Shown in pieces: positions 5,699 to 10,232 of a DNA stretch of 10,232 nucleotides. The notes below the pieces were generated by a model, which worked only from the letters and a program-made list of their open reading frames with translations, had not been told where the DNA came from and ran no database searches. The translations under genes and the position numbers were made by a program. Source of the stretch: an uncultured archaeon (lineage in GTDB: Archaea > Asgardarchaeota > Heimdallarchaeia > Heimdallarchaeales > Heimdallarchaeaceae); assembly GCA_964549075.1 (NCBI GenBank), contig CAZJUB010000093.1, positions 1 through 10,232 on the forward strand. Reading direction: 5' to 3'. The first letter of the stretch is position 1. Each line of letters opens with the position of its first letter.

Positions 5699-6721
5699 AT
5701 GGTTACAACAATATGTTCCTATCTACTAGGAAGCGATCCAGAAATCAGACAAAAACTAGCTAAACAATTAGGTAAAAAAGCAACAAGTTCTGATATAACT
5801 CTATATTCATATGATAAAGAATATGCTCTTGAAATAGTTGATCCTATACGATATCCAGACAAACCATTGGTTCTTTTTCAAACAATTTTAATGGCAGACG
5901 TACCTATAATTGTTATTACTTCTACTGGAATTGATATTCATACTGGTGAATTTGGCATTCTTTTAGATGCTTTAAAATATTCTAATGGTATTGTTGTGGT
6001 CGCTCATGATGGAGAATATGTTAATTTTGAAGAAATATCAGAGAATTTTAAAAAACTCTTCAAAGATATGGTGATTAAAGATTATCCTATTCTGAATATT
6101 GATCTTTCTAAAGGAGAAGATCTAACTCTTCTAAAACAAACTATGATCAAACAAAATGAACAAAAAATTGAACGTAAATGGAGTGAATCTAACCAATCTA
6201 GAGTTGATATTGATCATGTTTTTCCAGTAACAGGAGTAGGTACTGTCATCTTAGGTAGAGTAAGAGCTGGAACTCTTTCTAAAGGTGAAATGTTGCACGT
6301 GTTTCCATCAAAAAGAAATTGTGTCCTCCGATCCATACAGATTAACGATATTGACTATAGTAGCGCTACAGAAGGGCAAAGAGTAGGCTTAGCTTTACGA
6401 GGTTTATTACCAAAAGATGTAGAACGTGGATTCCTTCTATCCAATCAAGTTAATTGGACAATAACAACCGAAATAGATGTTAAGCTAGAAGTTGCTCCTT
6501 ATTCTAAACTCCCAGAAGAAGGAAAGATGAGGCATCTTATAGTAGGACTTCAAGCAGTTCCAGCGACAATTATTTCTTGTGCTCCCGTAAAGGAAGGACA
6601 ATCTGATTCGTATTTGATTAAACTAAAGTTAGATAGAAAAATTGTTGTGCATACTAAAGAACCTGCTTTTCTTATAGATTTGAATGGAAAACCAAAAACA
6701 ATAGGATATTGTAATCTTTAA
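5699..6721 (+). CDS. Archaeal SelB-like (aSelBL) EF-Tu family protein with a degenerate G domain
   Basis: The N-terminal LGKKATSSDITLY...DPIRYPDK matches my recollection of aSelBL proteins. EF-Tu domain II is clear (IDHVFPVTGVGTVILGRVRAGTL, SIQIND, GQRVGLALRG, DVERG) and a domain III-like region follows. There is no GxxxxGK[ST], DxxG or NKxD motif. Confidence 0.85.
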   Translation: MVTTICSYLLGSDPEIRQKLAKQLGKKATSSDITLYSYDKEYALEIVDPIRYPDKPLVLFQTILMADVPIIVITSTGIDIHTGEFGILLDALKYSNGIVVVAHDGEYVNFEEISENFKKLFKDMVIKDYPILNIDLSKGEDLTLLKQTMIKQNEQKIERKWSESNQSRVDIDHVFPVTGVGTVILGRVRAGTLSKGEMLHVFPSKRNCVLRSIQINDIDYSSATEGQRVGLALRGLLPKDVERGFLLSNQVNWTITTEIDVKLEVAPYSKLPEEGKMRHLIVGLQAVPATIISCAPVKEGQSDSYLIKLKLDRKIVVHTKEPAFLIDLNGKPKTIGYCNL

Positions 6722-6738
6722 GAAATGAAAAAATCTTC

Positions 6739-6769
6739 TTTAAAATTTTTAGCACAAACTTTTTGTGCT
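6739..6769 (+). promoter_or_regulatory. TATA-like box followed by an 8-bp inverted repeat upstream of the MFS gene
   Basis: TTTAAAA(6739-6745), then AGCACAAA-CTT-TTTGTGCT(6751-6769). Confidence 0.45.
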
Positions 6770-6791
6770 CAGATATCCATCTCTCTCATTC

Positions 6792-8126
6792 ATGACTGAT
6801 ACGAGAATAGATATAGCTCCAACTGAAGTCTTCATAGAAGAAAAGATAGATTATGAAGATTTACCCGATATTAAAAAGAAAGAAGCTTTTGCTCTCTATT
6901 CTCGTTCGATGGCATGGAGTATTTCTAATGGTCTAGTCAGTCCTTTTGTTTCGTTTATAACATTAAAAATGGGTTCTGGAGCAGCAATTTTAGGGTGGGT
7001 ACAAGCAGTAACTAATATGCTTAGACAATTCCTTGATCCGTTTTTTGGAAGAATATCTGATTTGATGAAAAGAAGAATACCTTTCATAGTTATATCAACA
7101 ATAACTTGGACGATACCTTATGCGTTTTTATATTTTGTAAATGCTCCTGCTTTTATTATTCTTATAGCAGCAATCGTGAATATATTGATGAGTTTCGGAA
7201 ATCCTGCTTGGACTGCATTACAAAATGAATTATTTCCATCAAAAGTAAGAGGAAAATTAACAGGAAGAGTAACCTGGTTTGGATCTTTTGGTAGTATGTT
7301 AGCAACACTCTTTACTGGAGTAGTTTTGACTTTTGCATTCGGAGAGAATATTGATTATCAAAAATTTGTATATATCCCTGTAGCTGTTGGAGTTGGTATT
7401 TCAATAATAGCAGTTATTCCTTTTTTCAGAATAAAGGAACCTCTTCAAAGAGAAGGAGCGTTTTTTCATCATTCTTACACCAATCTAAAAGATAGTTTTA
7501 AAGAAATACTTAGAAACAAGCTTTTTACCAAATTCACTTTGTTTTATGCAATTTATGGAATTTTCTGGACATTTTCTTGGCCACTATTCAGTATTAAACA
7601 AGTAAACATTCTTGGAGCATCTCCTTTACAAATAGCACTGCTTGAGATAATCTTTGCTTTGACTTCTCTGATATTTATTCTATTTGGAGCAAGATTCGCA
7701 GATAAATACGGAAGAACCAAACTTATTTTTCTAAATCGTTTTAGTTTGTTCTTTTTCCCTCTTCTTTATATTTTCGCTTCAAAAGTTTGGCATTTATACA
7801 TTATTCATTTCTTTGTATCAAGTTTGATGAGTTTTGGTTTTGGTGGAGTTAATGCCTACATTCTGGACTTAATACCTGCTAAAAATAGTGGATTATTTTT
7901 CGGTTTTTTCAGCATGGTTACAGGATTATTTTATTTCGTTGGATCTTTAGCAGGAGGATATATGGTTGATATATTAGAACATTGGTACTCAGAAGTGGTA
8001 TCATTGAATATAGCACTAGTATTTGTTACTATTATGAGATTCGTACTCAGTTTTATTTTTCTTTCACTAAAAGAAGTAAAGGAATTTCAAGATAAGTTGA
8101 ATTTAAGAAAAAGTAAGAAAAACTGA
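6792..8126 (+). CDS. Major facilitator superfamily transporter
   Basis: About 12 hydrophobic segments, motif A-like GRISDLMKRR and GARFADKYGRTK, and WTALQNELFPSKVRGK. ATG 6792 is preferred over GTG 6765, which lies inside the inverted repeat. Confidence 0.93.
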   Translation: MTDTRIDIAPTEVFIEEKIDYEDLPDIKKKEAFALYSRSMAWSISNGLVSPFVSFITLKMGSGAAILGWVQAVTNMLRQFLDPFFGRISDLMKRRIPFIVISTITWTIPYAFLYFVNAPAFIILIAAIVNILMSFGNPAWTALQNELFPSKVRGKLTGRVTWFGSFGSMLATLFTGVVLTFAFGENIDYQKFVYIPVAVGVGISIIAVIPFFRIKEPLQREGAFFHHSYTNLKDSFKEILRNKLFTKFTLFYAIYGIFWTFSWPLFSIKQVNILGASPLQIALLEIIFALTSLIFILFGARFADKYGRTKLIFLNRFSLFFFPLLYIFASKVWHLYIIHFFVSSLMSFGFGGVNAYILDLIPAKNSGLFFGFFSMVTGLFYFVGSLAGGYMVDILEHWYSEVVSLNIALVFVTIMRFVLSFIFLSLKEVKEFQDKLNLRKSKKN

Positions 8127-8130
8127 TTGC

Positions 8131-8178
8131 AGAGTTAACTCTTAGAAATGTCATGAAACATTCTTGAAAATGTCTTGA
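8131..8178. repeat. 12-bp palindrome followed by three imperfect 11-bp tandem repeats
   Basis: AGAGTTAACTCT(8131-8142), then AAATGTCATGA(8146-8156), AACATTCTTGA(8157-8167) and AAATGTCTTGA(8168-8178). Confidence 0.55.
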
Positions 8179-8256
8179 ACTAGTGTTTATAGTTGTTTAA
8201 ATTATACTTGTTTACTGAATAATAATTTCACTAGTAAGTAGGAGCTCTAAACCCTA

Positions 8257-10232
8257 ATGATAGAACTAATAAAAAGATCTAAATGGACAAAAATATTTAC
8301 GATTATTCTAATAACAAATTTTATTTCAATTACATTTTCTCCAAATCTAGTTAGAGTGGATGGAGCTCAAACACTGGCTTATTTAGTTTTCAAAACCGAA
8401 GGAGGAGGAGTTCGTCCCGATTACGGATTATATATAGCTCAATATCTACGAGCTCTAGGCATAGAAATAGAGGTTAAACTTGAAGAATGGAGCATTTTCA
8501 TTGGAACACTTTTAATTACTCATGATTACGATCTTGGGATAGTTGGACTTTCAGGTGGTGGTTTTTCTCCAGATATGAGAGATCTCTATACGGAAGATGG
8601 AGATTTGAATATGTTTTTGTTAGGTCAAGACTTACCTTATGGCAATCAAAGTGAACAAATGCAGAATCTTGCTGTGACTATTACTGATCTCGAAGAAAGA
8701 CAACAACTCTATTATGATTGGGAGCAACTCATGATGGACCGAATTGTTCCCATGCTCCCCTTATTTTCTCCCAATTCTTACTGTGGTACCTGGTCAAATA
8801 CACTTGGTTTTGATTCTCGATGGGGGATTGTAGAATCTTTACCCTACATGTATTATGATGGTTATCATGATGGACAAGTCTCACTTAATGAACTTAATCT
8901 CGCTGACGCAAATTGGCGAGAGTTAAATCCATTATTTACTGACGACTCTTCAAGTGAATTTATTTGGCAGTTGATGTCAGAAAAGCTTCTTCATTATAGT
9001 CCTGAATTTCAACCTTTGAACACAGGTATTATTCAAAGTTGGTCAAAAATAGATGATTTTCACTACAAGTTTACAGTAAGAAACAATGTTTATTGGAATC
9101 CCTCATATAATACTACTCTAAGAACAGCAAATTCAATTCCGCTAAGTGAAATAGAGGATGAAGAACTGATGTTAGGTCTAAAAAATTCCGAATTCAGCAA
9201 TGGAACTAATCAAAAAGTTACAGCTAAAGATGTTGTTTTTACTCTCTTGAGTTGGGGGAATGATAGAGTTAGTGAAAATACTGTCTTTTACGAATGGATC
9301 TCAGATTGTTATGTAGATCCTATTAATCCGCAAGTCTTTCATATCCTTATTGATGGTAATCCTGATACTCCTCAGAGAGAAAATTATGTTGATTTTTGGT
9401 GTAGATTATCAATAGAATTGTTACCAGAATTCTTCCTCAATTCTTCTTCTATAGAAACCTCATATACAGCTGGAGGAGCAGAATGTACTGGTTTGTATAA
9501 TGGAATACAAAATACTCCTCAGTGGATAGCATTTAGTACTTCTGCTTTTGGCTGTGGAAAATATATGTTAGATTATGCTGTTGACAACTCTGTTACTGCT
9601 TTAAGAGCAAGTCCATATTGGTACGGAATTGGGGCTATTGATGGTACACCTCAAGATTTAGATATCCAAACAATAAATATTCGTGTTATTCCTGATATCT
9701 CAGCTGAATTAGCAGAATTTAAAGCCGGAAAACTAGATTGGACTAGATTATCTTGTTTCCCCGCTGAAAGAAAAATAATGCAACACGATTCAAGATTTAC
9801 TGTTTATAAGACTCTTTCAAACAGCTTTACTTTCATGTTTTTCAACCTTAGAAGACCTTTTATTGGTGGTGCTTGGAATTTTGAATTTTTAGAAAATAAA
9901 GATAAAAAAGTCTATACTAAAGGAGCTGCTATACGTAAAGCCATTTGCTACGCTATTAATAGAGACGAAATGAACCAAGTTCTTCATGATGGGGAATATA
10001 CTGTTGCTAATAGTGTAATTTATCCTTTCAACTCTTTCTATTACTATGATGATATTATCAAGTATGACTTTAATCTCGAACTAGCTCAAGAATGGTTAAG
10101 AATTGCACTTGGTCTTATTGATTATTCCTTAGATATATTAATCTTAGGAGGTTTTACATCAGAACTTGTTGTTCGATTTGATGTCCTTGATGAGCAACTT
10201 GTTTCCAATGCCATTGTTTATTACAATATTAA
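8257..10232 (+). CDS. ABC transporter solute-binding protein, family 5 (OppA/DppA/NikA-like), circularly permuted, 3'-truncated by the window edge
   Basis: Not in the ORF track. The frame is open for at least 658 codons from ATG 8257, with AGGAG at 8240-8244. It starts with a signal-peptide-like MIELIKRSKWTKIFTIILITNFISITFS and carries family-5 motifs ELNPLFTDD, YKFTVRNNVYW, VTAKDVVFT, FGCGKYML, AEFKAGKLD, MFFNL, IRKAICYAINRDEM, YDFNLELAQEWL, IAQYLRALGIEIEV and DLEERQQLYYDWEQLMMDRIVPMLPLF. Confidence 0.92.
   Translation, partial: MIELIKRSKWTKIFTIILITNFISITFSPNLVRVDGAQTLAYLVFKTEGGGVRPDYGLYIAQYLRALGIEIEVKLEEWSIFIGTLLITHDYDLGIVGLSGGGFSPDMRDLYTEDGDLNMFLLGQDLPYGNQSEQMQNLAVTITDLEERQQLYYDWEQLMMDRIVPMLPLFSPNSYCGTWSNTLGFDSRWGIVESLPYMYYDGYHDGQVSLNELNLADANWRELNPLFTDDSSSEFIWQLMSEKLLHYSPEFQPLNTGIIQSWSKIDDFHYKFTVRNNVYWNPSYNTTLRTANSIPLSEIEDEELMLGLKNSEFSNGTNQKVTAKDVVFTLLSWGNDRVSENTVFYEWISDCYVDPINPQVFHILIDGNPDTPQRENYVDFWCRLSIELLPEFFLNSSSIETSYTAGGAECTGLYNGIQNTPQWIAFSTSAFGCGKYMLDYAVDNSVTALRASPYWYGIGAIDGTPQDLDIQTINIRVIPDISAELAEFKAGKLDWTRLSCFPAERKIMQHDSRFTVYKTLSNSFTFMFFNLRRPFIGGAWNFEFLENKDKKVYTKGAAIRKAICYAINRDEMNQVLHDGEYTVANSVIYPFNSFYYYDDIIKYDFNLELAQEWLRIALGLIDYSLDILILGGFTSELVVRFDVLDEQLVSNAIVYYNI

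Noticed and set aside
5699-6721. Calling the gene selB or tuf
   Set aside because: All GTPase motifs and the SelB C-terminal domain are missing, so it fits aSelBL.
6896-7087. 63-aa minus-strand ORF
   Set aside because: Antisense to the MFS transporter.
8124-8138. TGA readthrough (Sec) at the MFS stop, or at the ATPase stop (782-784)
   Set aside because: The MFS TGA is followed by TAA four codons later, and the ATPase TGA is followed immediately by another TGA.

Overview
AT-rich, probably archaeal window. Evidence for this: an aSelBL-type EF-Tu/SelB-like gene, TATA boxes about 23-30 nt upstream of start codons, and N-glycosylation sequons in extracellular domains. An Asgard/Heimdallarchaeia-like origin is my inference and is unproven. 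Left to right: (-) an ABC-2 exporter (partial permease, which the ORF track misses, plus its ATPase); a structured AT-rich divergent intergenic region; a 77-aa two-TM protein; a three-gene operon encoding two 2-hydroxyacyl-CoA dehydratase/reductase-like Fe-S subunits (DUF2229/HgdAB-like) and a BadF/BadG/BcrA/BcrD activase ATPase with a C-terminal Cys motif; an aSelBL-like protein with a degenerate G domain; an MFS transporter; and a partial, secreted family-5 ABC solute-binding protein, also missed by the ORF track. The operon has the domain set of bacterial PlsA/PlsR plasmalogen synthase and Ger glycerol-ester reductase, split over three genes. The solute-binding protein's motifs are in circularly permuted order. 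I saw no rRNA, tRNA, CRISPR array or transposase.
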